64,000 nucleotides of DNA from an uncultured Lachnospiraceae bacterium (GCA_948444865.1 CAOJVE010000001.1:1372-65371); one strand, 5' to 3'; positions 19,175 through 29,644 are shown, counted from the first letter of the stretch. Numbers and translations: made by a program. The notes: a model not told the origin generated them from the letters alone.

Positions 19175-20719
19175 ATGAAATTATCCATGAGCCTATTGTA
19201 TTTCCAGCTTCAAAAAAACCACCATATATCCTACAACCACAAGTCTTTCTCCAGGGAAGCGCCGCTGAAACGCGCCCTGTATTTCACCGGATACGAGCTT
19301 TCCCCCGACTATGTGTACATCACGGATTGCGAAAGCCTGGAGCGCATGACGCGCGTTCCGGACGGCCTGCGCATTCTGTGCCTGGGAACGCCCGCGCGAA
19401 AATACAGCCGCTGCGAGGTCATCGCCGTTTGTGACGACGATCCCTGCCAGGACATCCACAGCCTCCTCAACGAGGCCGCCCTGATTTTCCAGATGTACGA
19501 CGAGTGGGAAGAAGCGCTGGCCGCCCTGGCCTGCGGCAGCCAGGACATCGGGGAAATGTTCCGCGTTAGCGAAAAGATTCTGGAAAATCCCTGCATTCTG
19601 GTGGACGTAAATTTCTCCTATATGGCGCACAGCGCGAATTTTTTCACCGCCGAAAACCAATCTATGCTGGATCGGACCGACCCGTCCAGCGTGCCTTTGG
19701 ATTTTGTAAACGAATTTCGGCTGGACCCGGATTTCAAAAAGCTTACGCGGAAAAAAGGCGTTTTCCTATACAATGAGCACGATAAACTGGAAGAAATGCT
19801 GTGCCACAACCTGACCTACCAGGGCCGGTATTTCGCCCGGCTGCTTATGCCCGCTTTTCATCACCCCTTAACCGAAGCGGACGAACAGCATCTTGCCATC
19901 CTGGCCCGTTTCATCCAGACGATCTTCGACGCCCGCACAGAGTCCCTGACTTTTTCCGGACGGGCCGAAAACGTGCACCAGCTTTTGAAAACCCTGGCCA
20001 TTGAAAACAAACCCGTATCCGAGCTGGACATTGACCGGATTTTGAGCGGAAGCGCCTGGCGCCAAAACAGCCGCTGCCTGGTCATTTATCTGAAACTGCT
20101 GGTCTCCCCCAGCGTCACCGCCAACACGGCCTACCTGTGCGGGAAAATCGAAAAAATGTGGAAAGGCTCCTGCACGTTTCCCTACGAGGAAGGCATCCTG
20201 TGGATTCTGAATCTGGAAATCTACCGGGATTCCCGCGATTATTCCTTTTATGACGCATTCGCCTATTTTCTGCGGGAAAGCCTGTGCCAGGCCGGCGTCA
20301 GCAACGACTACTGCGGCCTCGGCCGCACGGCCCTTTTCGTGCAGCAGGCCAAAATCGCGCTGGAAATCGGCGGCCGGAAGAATCCTACCCACTGGTATCA
20401 TTATTTCAAGGACTATGCCCTGGACTATATGCTCTCCCAGTGCACTCGGCAGTTTCCCGCCCAGGAGCTTGTCCACCCGGCGCTTTTGCAGCTGTCCCGG
20501 CACGACGCGAAAAATCATACGGAATATTGCCGGACGTTAAAATCCTATCTGGAAAATAAATTTTCGGTGACGGAGGCCGCCGACGCTCTGTTCATCCACC
20601 GAACCACGCTGCTCCATCGCCTGAAAAAAATCCAGGGATTGTGCTCCCTGGATTTGGACGACGCGCGGACTATTCGGCATCTGATGATTTCTTTCGCCCT
20701 GTTTGATGAAAACATTTAG
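19175..20719 (+). CDS. PucR/CdaR-family transcriptional regulator
   Basis: C-terminal HTH TLKSYLENKFSVTEAADALFIHRTTLLHRLKKI. RBS GGAGG before ATG 19175. Divergent from the methyltransferase gene. Confidence 0.85.
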   Translation: MKLSMSLLYFQLQKNHHISYNHKSFSREAPLKRALYFTGYELSPDYVYITDCESLERMTRVPDGLRILCLGTPARKYSRCEVIAVCDDDPCQDIHSLLNEAALIFQMYDEWEEALAALACGSQDIGEMFRVSEKILENPCILVDVNFSYMAHSANFFTAENQSMLDRTDPSSVPLDFVNEFRLDPDFKKLTRKKGVFLYNEHDKLEEMLCHNLTYQGRYFARLLMPAFHHPLTEADEQHLAILARFIQTIFDARTESLTFSGRAENVHQLLKTLAIENKPVSELDIDRILSGSAWRQNSRCLVIYLKLLVSPSVTANTAYLCGKIEKMWKGSCTFPYEEGILWILNLEIYRDSRDYSFYDAFAYFLRESLCQAGVSNDYCGLGRTALFVQQAKIALEIGGRKNPTHWYHYFKDYALDYMLSQCTRQFPAQELVHPALLQLSRHDAKNHTEYCRTLKSYLENKFSVTEAADALFIHRTTLLHRLKKIQGLCSLDLDDARTIRHLMISFALFDENI

Positions 20720-20985
20720 AACACGGGAAACGCGCTCCGGTCCCGCCGCACCCCCGCCGCCCGGACGATCTTGTCCAGCCCCACGGAGGCGATGGGCACG
20801 ACGCTCTCCCCGTGTATAAAGTCCGTGGCGCCGGCGTCAAACAGGACGTTGGCCTGCGCCGGAAATTCCTCGTCCCCTTCCCAGAAAAGGAACCGGATAG
20901 GTATGCACGCGAAGGCCCGCAGCTCATAGCCCACGTCGGACCAGGGCAGCTTCACGCCGTTTAATTTTCGGAGGGCTGTCCTGTT
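20716..20985 (-). pseudogene. C-terminal remnant of a DUF3786-like gene, in frame directly after the ureD stop
   Basis: YELRAFACIPIRFLFWEGDEEFPAQANVLFD resembles the DUF3786 C-terminus. The open frame begins at the codon after the ureD TGA and has no clear RBS. Confidence 0.6.
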
Positions 20986-21783
20986 TCAAAAACAGTTTCC
21001 AATCATTTCTTCCAATAATCCCGACAGCCGCTGCGCGCTTCCTCCCAGCGCCCGCACCGCCACATCGCCCCGGTCCGTTCTTGTCACGCCGCCTTCCACG
21101 CCGTCCGCCTCGTCCAGGAGCTTTCGCATCTGGTCTATCCATTCATCTGATCTTGGCACATTGCACAAGACCAGATTTCCCAGATGGGTATATCCCTCGT
21201 ACATGCCCGGGCCGTTCATATCCATCCACCCCGGCTCGTACCGGGTATTGTCCCGGTAAATGATCTTTCCATCCTGCCGGATCGTGACCCGGTTTTGAAA
21301 TCTGCGGTACCCAAACCGCTCCCCATGGGCCGCCCGGCCGCAGGAGAGGATCTCCAGCAGGACGAACTGCGCGTCGTCTCCGAAAAGCTCCGCGTCCAGC
21401 TGGCTGCGGTAGTCAGATCCCTGAAAAGGCATCGTGGGCAAGGGCGTGTAAAACAGGGCCGCGCCAGCCTCCACCTGAATGGACGTCTTTCTGGAGGCAT
21501 ACCCCGCTTCCATCCGGTGGATCTTCTCGTAGGATTGTGAAGTCAGCGCCATCCGTGCGCCCGCATGGACATGGATGCGGAAGTCCTGCCGGTCCCCGGC
21601 CATGATCCCGGCGGAGGCCGCCAGCGCCGTCACGGACATGATCCCTTTTTTTTCGTAAAAAGGACGCATGACCTTATAGGGCGCGGTAAAGGACACATCG
21701 CTTAAGATGGTCTTCCCGTCTTTTACCGAAGCCTCCAAATACAGTCTGGAAGTTTTTCCAAAAGAATTTTCACGATCTTCCAT
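20986..21783 (-). CDS. ureD: Urease accessory protein UreD/UreH
   Basis: APYKVMRPFY, AGIMAGD, TSQSYEKIH and its position after ureG. Confidence 0.9.
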   Translation of the reverse strand: MEDRENSFGKTSRLYLEASVKDGKTILSDVSFTAPYKVMRPFYEKKGIMSVTALAASAGIMAGDRQDFRIHVHAGARMALTSQSYEKIHRMEAGYASRKTSIQVEAGAALFYTPLPTMPFQGSDYRSQLDAELFGDDAQFVLLEILSCGRAAHGERFGYRRFQNRVTIRQDGKIIYRDNTRYEPGWMDMNGPGMYEGYTHLGNLVLCNVPRSDEWIDQMRKLLDEADGVEGGVTRTDRGDVAVRALGGSAQRLSGLLEEMIGNCF

Positions 21784-21787
21784 AGGA

Positions 21788-22396
<609 letters not shown>

Positions 22397-22409
22397 ATCA
22401 AAAAACCTC

Positions 22410-23111
22410 CTATGACATATAGATCCTGGAATACAGTCCCTCGTGCTGCATGCAGCGGATATCAAACCCCGGCGCGGACAGGCACAGGTCTTCCAGGGTC
22501 AGCTCCTCCAACCGGTCCAGGATCTCCGGGAAGATCCCGTGGCTTTTGTACAACAGCCGCTGCCCGTCCGTCTGGCTTAAGGGGATGGTCTTCACGCAGT
22601 TGGTCACCATGGCGGAGGTCTGGGCGAACAGATAGTGGACCATGGCCTCCCCATAGGGGATCCCCGCCGCCGCGCAGAAAACCCCGTAGACGACGGCATG
22701 CTGCGGCGGCCTTTTCCCCAGGCTTTTCCGGTATCTCTGGAAAATATCCGTCTCGTAGGGGATCTCCAGGACGCCCACCGTTTTCATAAAGCGGGAGCCC
22801 AGCTTTTCCCCCGCCTGGCGCACCTCTCTTGGGACCCGGCTGGCTTCCAGCAATCCCTCCAGCTCCAGCAACCTCTCCAGATCCTCTTCCCCGGCATATC
22901 CATAGGCCAGCTTCGCCGCTAGGAATTCACTGTAACAAGATCCGTATGCGAGCCGACTGCGGATATAGTCCCACGCCTCCTTGGCGGATGACGCCAGCCC
23001 TTTTTGGATATACGTCTCCAGCCCGTAGGAGTGGGAGTATGCGCCGATGGGAAACAGCGCGTCGTTCACCTGCAGGAGCAGGAAATATCTGCTCCAGTCT
23101 TCTCTTCTCAT
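22410..23111 (-). CDS. ureF: Urease accessory protein UreF
   Basis: [16 protein letters not shown] and a C-terminal [11 protein letters not shown]. Confidence 0.95.
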   Translation of the reverse strand: MRREDWSRYFLLLQVNDALFPIGAYSHSYGLETYIQKGLASSAKEAWDYIRSRLAYGSCYSEFLAAKLAYGYAGEEDLERLLELEGLLEASRVPREVRQAGEKLGSRFMKTVGVLEIPYETDIFQRYRKSLGKRPPQHAVVYGVFCAAAGIPYGEAMVHYLFAQTSAMVTNCVKTIPLSQTDGQRLLYKSHGIFPEILDRLEELTLEDLCLSAPGFDIRCMQHEGLYSRIYMS

Positions 23112-23123
23112 AATCGCCGTCTC

Positions 23124-23603
23124 CTAATGATGATGATCGTTGACGCTGGAGGAGAGCGCCTGGCCGAAGTCAAAACTCTTTAAGACTTTCTCCCCGGTCA
23201 CCCCGCAGATCCGGTCCACCTTATCCAGCAGCGCCTCATGATACGGCGCGTAAAAGGTATACGCGTCTTCCCCCCGGAACATACTGGTGTGGGTGTTGCC
23301 CACCTCGTAACAAAGCTTGGCGATCTGGTGCGGATGCTCCTTATCCACTGTCATCCGAATGGCCTCGCTGGGCGGAATGCGCACCGCGATCACCTTTTCA
23401 CTGTCCGCGTAAATCACGTCGTTCTGGCGCAGGCCCCTTTTTAGGATCTCGTGGCCCATGCGGATGCCCACGTCCTCCCCCTGCCCGGAGGTCTTCCGGT
23501 GGAGCCGCGTGAAGGCTTCGTGCCACTGGATCTCCACATAGTCCACCGAAAGCCCGGCAAATTTCTCTTCGTACAGACTGCCTAAAATCTTCTCACATAC
23601 CAT
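23124..23603 (-). CDS. ureE: Urease nickel chaperone UreE
   Basis: CYEVGNTH, C-terminal DHHH and operon position. Confidence 0.9.
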   Translation of the reverse strand: MVCEKILGSLYEEKFAGLSVDYVEIQWHEAFTRLHRKTSGQGEDVGIRMGHEILKRGLRQNDVIYADSEKVIAVRIPPSEAIRMTVDKEHPHQIAKLCYEVGNTHTSMFRGEDAYTFYAPYHEALLDKVDRICGVTGEKVLKSFDFGQALSSSVNDHHH

Positions 23604-23646
23604 GATCTCTCTCCTTGATCTCTCTTTTTTGAGTAAACTGAAAAAC

Positions 23647-24153
23647 CTACCATATGCCCAGAAGGAGCATGACTCCCGGGATCCAGGCGGTCACGATCCC
23701 CTCGAAAACCTGCAGGATGGGGACGGATCTCCCCAGCTTGATCCCCATGATGTCCGTCACAAAGGACGAACCCCACAGCACGGCCCACAGCCACCAGATC
23801 GCCGCCCATCTCCAGTCGGGCGAGATATTTAAGGCCGCGCTGCCCGCGACGCCTTCCACATAGCCGAAGACGACCGCGTTGACCGCCACAAAGGTGGAAA
23901 ACCAGGCGAAGGGTTTCCCGTTCAGATCAAAGATGTTCATCACCGCCACGAACAGGTAGGTGAAGCAGAACAAAAGCCCTGTGCCCGCCGCATAATAATT
24001 TCCCTGGACCAGATTTACGAAGTTGATGAACAGAGACAGCCCGCCGGTGAAAATGTTCATGACTGCCGCGGATCTCTTATCCACGTTGGCCAGCGCGCAT
24101 ACGCCATTGTTGATCAGTACGATCCCCACAAATAATAAACAAACGCCTAACAT
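23647..24153 (-). CDS. ureI: UreI/AmiS urea channel
   Basis: MLGVCLLFVGIVLINNG, GTGLLFCFTYL and WWLWAVLW; six hydrophobic segments. Confidence 0.88.
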   Translation of the reverse strand: MLGVCLLFVGIVLINNGVCALANVDKRSAAVMNIFTGGLSLFINFVNLVQGNYYAAGTGLLFCFTYLFVAVMNIFDLNGKPFAWFSTFVAVNAVVFGYVEGVAGSAALNISPDWRWAAIWWLWAVLWGSSFVTDIMGIKLGRSVPILQVFEGIVTAWIPGVMLLLGIW

Positions 24154-24175
24154 ATCCTTCCTCCCAAAATGCGTC

Positions 24176-25897
24176 TTAGAACAAACTGTAAAGCTGGGTG
24201 AGCGGAAGCGTCTCGGCCGGCTTGGATACCAGCTTCACGCCGTCCGCCGTCACCGCGTAAGTCTCCGGGTCCACCTGGATGTCCGGCAGCGCGTCGTTAT
24301 ATTTCATGTGGCGTTTTCCGATGTTCCTGCAATTTTTCACCGGAACCACCGTTTTTTGCAGACCATATTTTTCTTTTACGCCGTTTTCATAGGCCGCTTT
24401 GGAGACAAAAGTGAGGCAGCTCTCATTTTTCGCCATTCCATGAGCTGCGAACATGGGCTGGTACAACACCGGCTGGGTGGTGGGGATGGACGCGTTGGCG
24501 TCTCCCATCTTGGAGGCGATGATCATGCCGCCTTTTATGATCATATCCGGCTTGGCGCCGAAAAAGGCCGGGTCCCACAAGACCAGATCCGCGAATTTTC
24601 CCACTTCCACAGAGCCCACGTAGTCCGCGATCCCGTTGGTGATGGCCGGGTTGATGGTGTATTTGGCCACATAGCGTTTTGCCCGGAAATTGTCGTTGCC
24701 GTTTCCCTCGTCCTCCGGCAGAGGCCCTCTCTCCAGTCTCATCTTATGGGCCGTCTGCCAGGTGCGGGTGATCACCTCGCCGGGCCTTCCCATGGCCTGG
24801 GAATCGGAGCTCATCATGGAGAACACGCCCATATCGTGGAGCACGTCCTCCGCCGCGATGGTCTCCGGGCGGATCCTGGAATCGGCAAACGCGATGTCCT
24901 CCGGGATGTTTTTGTCCAGATGATGGCAGACCATCAGCATGTCCAGGTGTTCGTCCAGAGTGTTCACCGTAAAGGGCATGGTGGGATTGGTGGAGGAGGG
25001 CAGTACGTTCTTCGCCCCCGCCGCCCGGATGATGTCCGGCGCATGGCCGCCTCCGGCTCCTTCCGTGTGAAATGTATGGATGGTCCGCCCGCCGATGGCG
25101 TCCAGCGTGTCTTCCACGCATCCCGCCTCGTTTAAGGTATCGGTATGTATGGCCACTTGTACGTCGTATTCATCGGCCACGTTCAGGCAGTGATGGATGG
25201 CCGCCGGGGTGGAACCGAAGTCTTCGTGGATCTTCATGCCCATGGCGCCCGCCTCGATCTGTTCCGCCAGGGGCTTTTCGTCGGAGCAATTTCCTTTTCC
25301 CATAAATCCCAGATTCATCGGATACTCCTCCGCCGCTTTTAACATCATACGGATGTTCCAGGGGCCCGGCGTGCAGGTGGTGGCGTTGGTGCCGTCCGCC
25401 GGGCCTGTGCCTCCCCCGATCATGGTAGTCACGCCGGAATACAGAGAACAGGGGATCTGCTGGGGCGCGATGAAATGGATGTGGCTGTCGATGCCGCCCG
25501 CGGTGACGATCAGCCCTTCCCCGGCCAGCGCTTCCGTGGACGCTCCGATCGTCATCCCAGGCGTCACTCCGTCCATGATACCGGGGTTCCCGGCTTTTCC
25601 GATCCCGACGATCTTGCCGTCCTTGATCCCGATGTCCGCCTTCACGATCCCCGTGTAGTCCAGGATCAGCGCGTTGGTGATCACCAGATCCAAGTCTCCG
25701 TCTTTGCTGCAGGTCTTCACTGATTGGCCCATGCCGTCACGGATGGTCTTTCCGCCGCCGAATTTTACCTCGTCTCCGTAGATTGTGTAATCTTTTTCCA
25801 CTTCGATGATCAGATCTGTGTCCGCCAAACGTACCTTGTCTCCCACTGTAGGACCGTACATGGCCGCGTATTTTTCACCAGATATTTTATAACTCAT
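24176..25897 (-). CDS. ureC: Urease alpha subunit
   Basis: Ni-ligand motifs [28 protein letters not shown] and SSDSQAMGR. Confidence 0.99.
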   Translation of the reverse strand: MSYKISGEKYAAMYGPTVGDKVRLADTDLIIEVEKDYTIYGDEVKFGGGKTIRDGMGQSVKTCSKDGDLDLVITNALILDYTGIVKADIGIKDGKIVGIGKAGNPGIMDGVTPGMTIGASTEALAGEGLIVTAGGIDSHIHFIAPQQIPCSLYSGVTTMIGGGTGPADGTNATTCTPGPWNIRMMLKAAEEYPMNLGFMGKGNCSDEKPLAEQIEAGAMGMKIHEDFGSTPAAIHHCLNVADEYDVQVAIHTDTLNEAGCVEDTLDAIGGRTIHTFHTEGAGGGHAPDIIRAAGAKNVLPSSTNPTMPFTVNTLDEHLDMLMVCHHLDKNIPEDIAFADSRIRPETIAAEDVLHDMGVFSMMSSDSQAMGRPGEVITRTWQTAHKMRLERGPLPEDEGNGNDNFRAKRYVAKYTINPAITNGIADYVGSVEVGKFADLVLWDPAFFGAKPDMIIKGGMIIASKMGDANASIPTTQPVLYQPMFAAHGMAKNESCLTFVSKAAYENGVKEKYGLQKTVVPVKNCRNIGKRHMKYNDALPDIQVDPETYAVTADGVKLVSKPAETLPLTQLYSLF

Positions 25898-25924
25898 GTT
25901 TTTTTCGCCTCCTGTCTGAAACTT

Positions 25925-26290
25925 CTATTCCTTGATAAATCCACGTAGCTTCGCGTTCTCTATGGCCTGCGCTTTCGTGGCCGCAGAAGCCTGCATACAG
26001 GTCAGGCCGTTTAAGCCGCAGATCCGGTTGGACCCGCCGTTTTCGGTAAGCCGCACTTCTTTTTCCTCCCCGGGCTCAAAACGGACGGCCGTGCCGGAGG
26101 GGATGTCCAGGTGATATCCGTATGCGGCGGCGCGGTCAAATTCCAGCTGCCGGTTCACTTCAAAGAAGTGAAAATGCGAGCCAACCTGTACGGGCCGGTC
26201 GCCTGTATGTTTCACCAGAAGGGTAACGCACTTTTTTTCTTCATTTAGAATGATCTCCCTGTCTTTGGGGATCACCGCTCCTATCTTCAT
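25925..26290 (-). CDS. ureB: Urease beta subunit
   Basis: [17 protein letters not shown] and [14 protein letters not shown]. Confidence 0.98.
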   Translation of the reverse strand: MKIGAVIPKDREIILNEEKKCVTLLVKHTGDRPVQVGSHFHFFEVNRQLEFDRAAAYGYHLDIPSGTAVRFEPGEEKEVRLTENGGSNRICGLNGLTCMQASAATKAQAIENAKLRGFIKE

Positions 26291-26305
26291 CCTCTTATTC
26301 CTCCT

Positions 26306-26608
26306 CTACTGAATGGGATCATGTACCGTGACCAGTTTCGTGCCATCTGGAAAAGTGGCCTCCACCTGTACTTCGTGGACCATATCCGCCACCCCGTCCA
26401 TTACATCCTCTTTGGTGAGCATTTTTGTTCCCAAAGACATCAGCTCCACCACCGTTTTCCCGTCACGGGCGCATTCCAGCAGTTCGGAACTGATATAGGC
26501 GACGGATTCTACATAATTCAGCCGCAGCCCCCGCTCCTTCCTCTGTTTCGCCAGTTCCCCGGCCATATGAAGCATAAGCTTCTCCTGTTCCTTTGGATTC
26601 AGCCGCAT
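26306..26608 (-). CDS. ureA: Urease gamma subunit
   Basis: [11 protein letters not shown] and [19 protein letters not shown]. Confidence 0.98.
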   Translation of the reverse strand: MRLNPKEQEKLMLHMAGELAKQRKERGLRLNYVESVAYISSELLECARDGKTVVELMSLGTKMLTKEDVMDGVADMVHEVQVEATFPDGTKLVTVHDPIQ

Positions 26609-26628
26609 CTATATTCTCCTTTCCCATG

Positions 26629-26728
26629 AAAAAAGGAGCGGACACAGGAAAATTTCTCCCGCATACGCTCCCTTGCGTTGAAGATCAAAAAGAGGTCTGC
26701 GCCGCTATGGGAACAGACCTCTTTGTCT
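26629..26728 (-). promoter_or_regulatory. Urease leader: two tandem intrinsic terminators, each overlapped by an ANTAR-type hexaloop hairpin
   Basis: Hairpins AGAC-AAAGAG-GTCT (26728-26715) and ACGC-AAGGGA-GCGT (26678-26665) both have loop A1/G4. Terminators are AGAGGTCTG/CAGACCTCT-TTTT and GGAGCG/CGCTCC-TTTTTT. Confidence 0.72.
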
Positions 26729-26736
26729 TGGCTTGT

Positions 26737-26765
26737 ATTTTATATGAACTGCATAATTTTGTCAA
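26737..26765 (-). promoter_or_regulatory. SigA promoter of the urease operon
   Basis: TTGACA-17 nt-TAAAAT immediately upstream of the leader. Confidence 0.8.
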
Positions 26766-26854
26766 GTGTTTTTTGTGGCATTCCACTAAATTCTTCAATC
26801 CGCCCATCTTCACGGCGTTTTATCCAAACCAAAAAGGGTTCATCCGCCAGCCTT

Positions 26855-27136
26855 TTATTCCTGGAATAAATCCGCGTGCGTGCCGGTATCCACAAGAGTT
26901 AGCGTCAAAATATCACCCTCGATCAGATAAATCAACAGCCAGTCTGGCTGAATATGACATTCCCTGAATCCGTTCCATTTTCCTTTCAGCGCGTGGTCGT
27001 TGTATTTTCTATCAATTTGAATCCCATTGCCTAATTTCTGAACAACCTCCTTCAACAAAGCTATGTCCAAACCGCGTTTTTGCGCCAGTTTATAATTCCT
27101 TTTGAACTTCCCGCTTCTTTTTACTGTATATTTCAT
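26855..27136 (-). CDS. YafQ/RelE-family mRNA interferase toxin
   Basis: DHALKGKWNGFRECHIQPDWLLIY and TGTHADLF. ATGA overlap with the antitoxin gene. Confidence 0.9.
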   Translation of the reverse strand: MKYTVKRSGKFKRNYKLAQKRGLDIALLKEVVQKLGNGIQIDRKYNDHALKGKWNGFRECHIQPDWLLIYLIEGDILTLTLVDTGTHADLFQE

Positions 27137-27405
27137 GCGTCTAACTCTCTGAACAATTCATCAATATCCGTATAGCCTTTTACATTCGGATCGCGGCTAA
27201 TCCTTTTCGCCTCTTCCATAGCCTCCAAAACTTCCGGCTTGAACTTTGGATATTTCACATCAAAAGGTATCCCGTCATGCAGAACAACCTGTTTCAGAAA
27301 CATATTAATTGCATCCGACAAATTCAAACCCAGCCCTTCTAAAAGTTCCACCGCTTGTTTTTTAGTTGTCTCGTCTATTCTTACTTGCGTTGACACAGTT
27401 GCCAT
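27133..27405 (-). CDS. RelB/DinJ-family antitoxin
   Basis: VRIDETTKKQA...GLNLSDAINMFLKQVV...GIPF ribbon-helix-helix pattern. Confidence 0.9.
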   Translation of the reverse strand: MATVSTQVRIDETTKKQAVELLEGLGLNLSDAINMFLKQVVLHDGIPFDVKYPKFKPEVLEAMEEAKRISRDPNVKGYTDIDELFRELDA

Positions 27406-27429
27406 AATGATAAATCCCCCTTTTCTTTT

Positions 27430-27458
27430 AAAATAACACGATATGTATACATTGTCAA
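27430..27458 (-). promoter_or_regulatory. TA promoter with palindromic operator
   Basis: -35 TTGACA followed directly by the palindrome ATGTATACAT (27443-27452). The -10 (TATTTT) is weak. Confidence 0.5.
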
Positions 27459-27615
27459 CACTCTGATGTTTGTTGTTTTTTCCTTTCGCCGCTGTCCGAT
27501 CCCGCCCGAAGGGTTTTTTATCCTGTAAAACAAAAAAGGCCTGTGCCGTTCACAGACACAGACCTCTCTCTTATAACATAGCGCCAACTGCGCCATAACT
27601 CTCTGAAAATACCAT

Positions 27616-28575
27616 CTACTGAAGCAGATCCTGGTACACATAGCCTACAATGCCGCCGTACTCAATCTGCACCCATCCGTTATCTTCGCCCAACACATTG
27701 ACCATCTCGCCTGCCGGCACTACGGTCACAATATCCGTGCCGGACTCTGCGGCTATACGCACATTGCAGTCATCAAGGGCCGTCATCATGCCTTCTATAG
27801 ACGCGGGCGTCACATCCTGCTGCCCCGCCGCGCCGTTCTCTGACGCGCTTTCCTCTGGCTGAGGCGTTGGCGTGCCGGAATCTTCGCCTCCCAAACTCTC
27901 CAGGAACGCTTTCAACTGGGGGTCCCCGGCCTGCGCCTGGTCATAGGCGGCCTGTATATTGTTGCGAAGCTGTATCACGTCCGCCTGACTCATAACCGTA
28001 CTCACATACGCCTGAATATCGGGATCGACCACAGCGTCCGCTGAAATCCATAATTTTCCTTCTTCATCCGTTACCACATACAGCTGACTTAAAGCCGGCG
28101 CCGGAGTCTCCACGTCTACGCATTTATAGGCGAAACTGGCGAAAACCACATAGGTTCCCTCCTCCATTCCTTTCACCGTGTACACTTCCACATTCTCGTA
28201 ACTCTCTATGTATTTGGTATTGGCAATCTTGCTCTCTTCCGCGGGGTCCAGATCCTTCACCACTTCTTTAAGCGCTTCAATGTCTTTATCCCCCAATGCT
28301 TTATAATAAGCCTGCACCAGCTCGTTCACTTCTGGAATCGCATCTTTTTCCAACGCGCCCACGGAGGCGTTGCCGGATTCTGTCTGATTCCCGGAAGCCT
28401 GCTGATTGTCAGACTCTGTATTCGCCTGATTGGATGACGATGAACCGCCCTTGTCCGATCCAGAACCGGTAAGAGCTCGTACGCCGATAAACAGCGCAAC
28501 CACCACAACGATCCCCACAACCACCAGTAAGATGTAGCGGAGATTATCGGACAGCCATTCTCTGAAATTATCCAC
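27616..28575 (-). CDS. Membrane-anchored protein with C-terminal bacterial SH3 domain
   Basis: N-terminal TM segment, a low-complexity linker and a C-terminal CNVR...VVPAGE.V.VLGEDNGWVQIEYGG.VGYVY. GTG start behind GGGGG. Confidence 0.75.
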   Translation of the reverse strand: MDNFREWLSDNLRYILLVVVGIVVVVALFIGVRALTGSGSDKGGSSSSNQANTESDNQQASGNQTESGNASVGALEKDAIPEVNELVQAYYKALGDKDIEALKEVVKDLDPAEESKIANTKYIESYENVEVYTVKGMEEGTYVVFASFAYKCVDVETPAPALSQLYVVTDEEGKLWISADAVVDPDIQAYVSTVMSQADVIQLRNNIQAAYDQAQAGDPQLKAFLESLGGEDSGTPTPQPEESASENGAAGQQDVTPASIEGMMTALDDCNVRIAAESGTDIVTVVPAGEMVNVLGEDNGWVQIEYGGIVGYVYQDLLQ

Positions 28576-28676
28576 AGCGATTCCCCCTTTCGCTTCCATG
28601 CTCTCTTAAAAGACAGGCCTTTCCCGCGCACAACATTACAGAGGCGGAAAAGGCACATTACATAATAAAGAGGAAA

Positions 28677-28749
28677 CACATCCGGAGGGAATCGAACCCC
28701 CGACACGTGGCACCGGAAACCACTGCTCTATCCCCTGAGCTACGGATGC
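28677..28749 (-). tRNA. tRNA-Arg (anticodon CCG), CCA not encoded
   Basis: Acceptor stem GCATCCG/CGGATGT, D arm GCTC/GAGC, anticodon stem GTGGT/GCCAC with loop TTCCGGT, and T loop GGTTCGATTCC. Confidence 0.96.
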
Positions 28750-28833
28750 CTATATCTCAATTCATACTCATTGATAATAGCACATCCACGGTCTTTTGTA
28801 AAGCCAAGATGAATAATTTTTTTAATTTTTCAT

Positions 28834-29433
28834 CTATTTATGAAATTTTCCTGTGCTTTTTTGGTAGAAATAAACATAATTTGACAGAACTTCCTGTTCC
28901 GGGACCTGCGTCAGATTCACTTCGTATACGATTTTCTCCAATTCACTCTTCGTATATGCGTCGGACATGGGCAGTATGATGCACTCGTGAACGCTGCTGG
29001 GAATAATATAGAAGTCCTCCTGCACGGCATTTCGGATGGAGGGCAGCACCCTTGGGTAAAACAGACAGGCGGCGCCCAGAAACATCCGCACATTCGTAAG
29101 CACGTACATAGGCGGCTGATCCTCCTGCGCCTGCTCCCACAGGCAGAATTTTTGCAGCACATGCTCCATAGAATGAAAAGACGGCGGAAGCAGGCGGGGC
29201 GTATTTTCCATAGCCCACTCTGTGACCTGCTCCTTCGTCACCCCTAAGCGGCGCATCTGCTGGTTGCTCAGTATAAAGGTTCTCTTCTGATGATCTTCGG
29301 TCTCTTCCAGGTAAAAAAACACAAGGGCCAGATCCAGATAGCGCTGATGCGGCGCCTGTTCCAGCAGATCCCGGTTTTTCGTGGCGTTGACCGCTTGAAA
29401 AAGTATCTCGTGTTTTATTTTTTCCGCGTCCAA
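28834..29433 (-). CDS. DUF5688-like protein
   Basis: LEQAPHQRYLDLA, MYVLTN, FYIIPSSVHE and EVLSNYVYFY. TTG start behind AAAGGATGG. Confidence 0.7.
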   Translation of the reverse strand: MDAEKIKHEILFQAVNATKNRDLLEQAPHQRYLDLALVFFYLEETEDHQKRTFILSNQQMRRLGVTKEQVTEWAMENTPRLLPPSFHSMEHVLQKFCLWEQAQEDQPPMYVLTNVRMFLGAACLFYPRVLPSIRNAVQEDFYIIPSSVHECIILPMSDAYTKSELEKIVYEVNLTQVPEQEVLSNYVYFYQKSTGKFHK

Positions 29434-29597
29434 ATTACCATCCTTTCTTTGCTTAATCTTATCTTTTCTGACTCGGGAACATTATGCACGAATGTGCGGA
29501 ATACTTTTAGAAATGTTCTGGATTCATCCTACCATAAAATCCCGGACCTGTAAAGCGCCGCTGGGAAAAGTTTATGCTTTTTTCAGAATCAGGCGAA

Positions 29598-29644
29598 ACA
29601 GGCGGCCAAATCTTCTAAACGAATCTGGCCGCCCTGTCTTTTCT
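29598..29644 (-). terminator. Intrinsic terminator after efp
   Basis: CAGGCGGCCA...TGGCCGCCCTG hairpin flanked by A/T tracts. Confidence 0.65.

Noticed and set aside
26855-28749. tRNA-Arg as the integration site of a urease island
   Set aside because: No integrase and no duplicated tRNA 3' end (att repeat) were seen, and an ordinary-looking SH3 gene lies directly after the tRNA.
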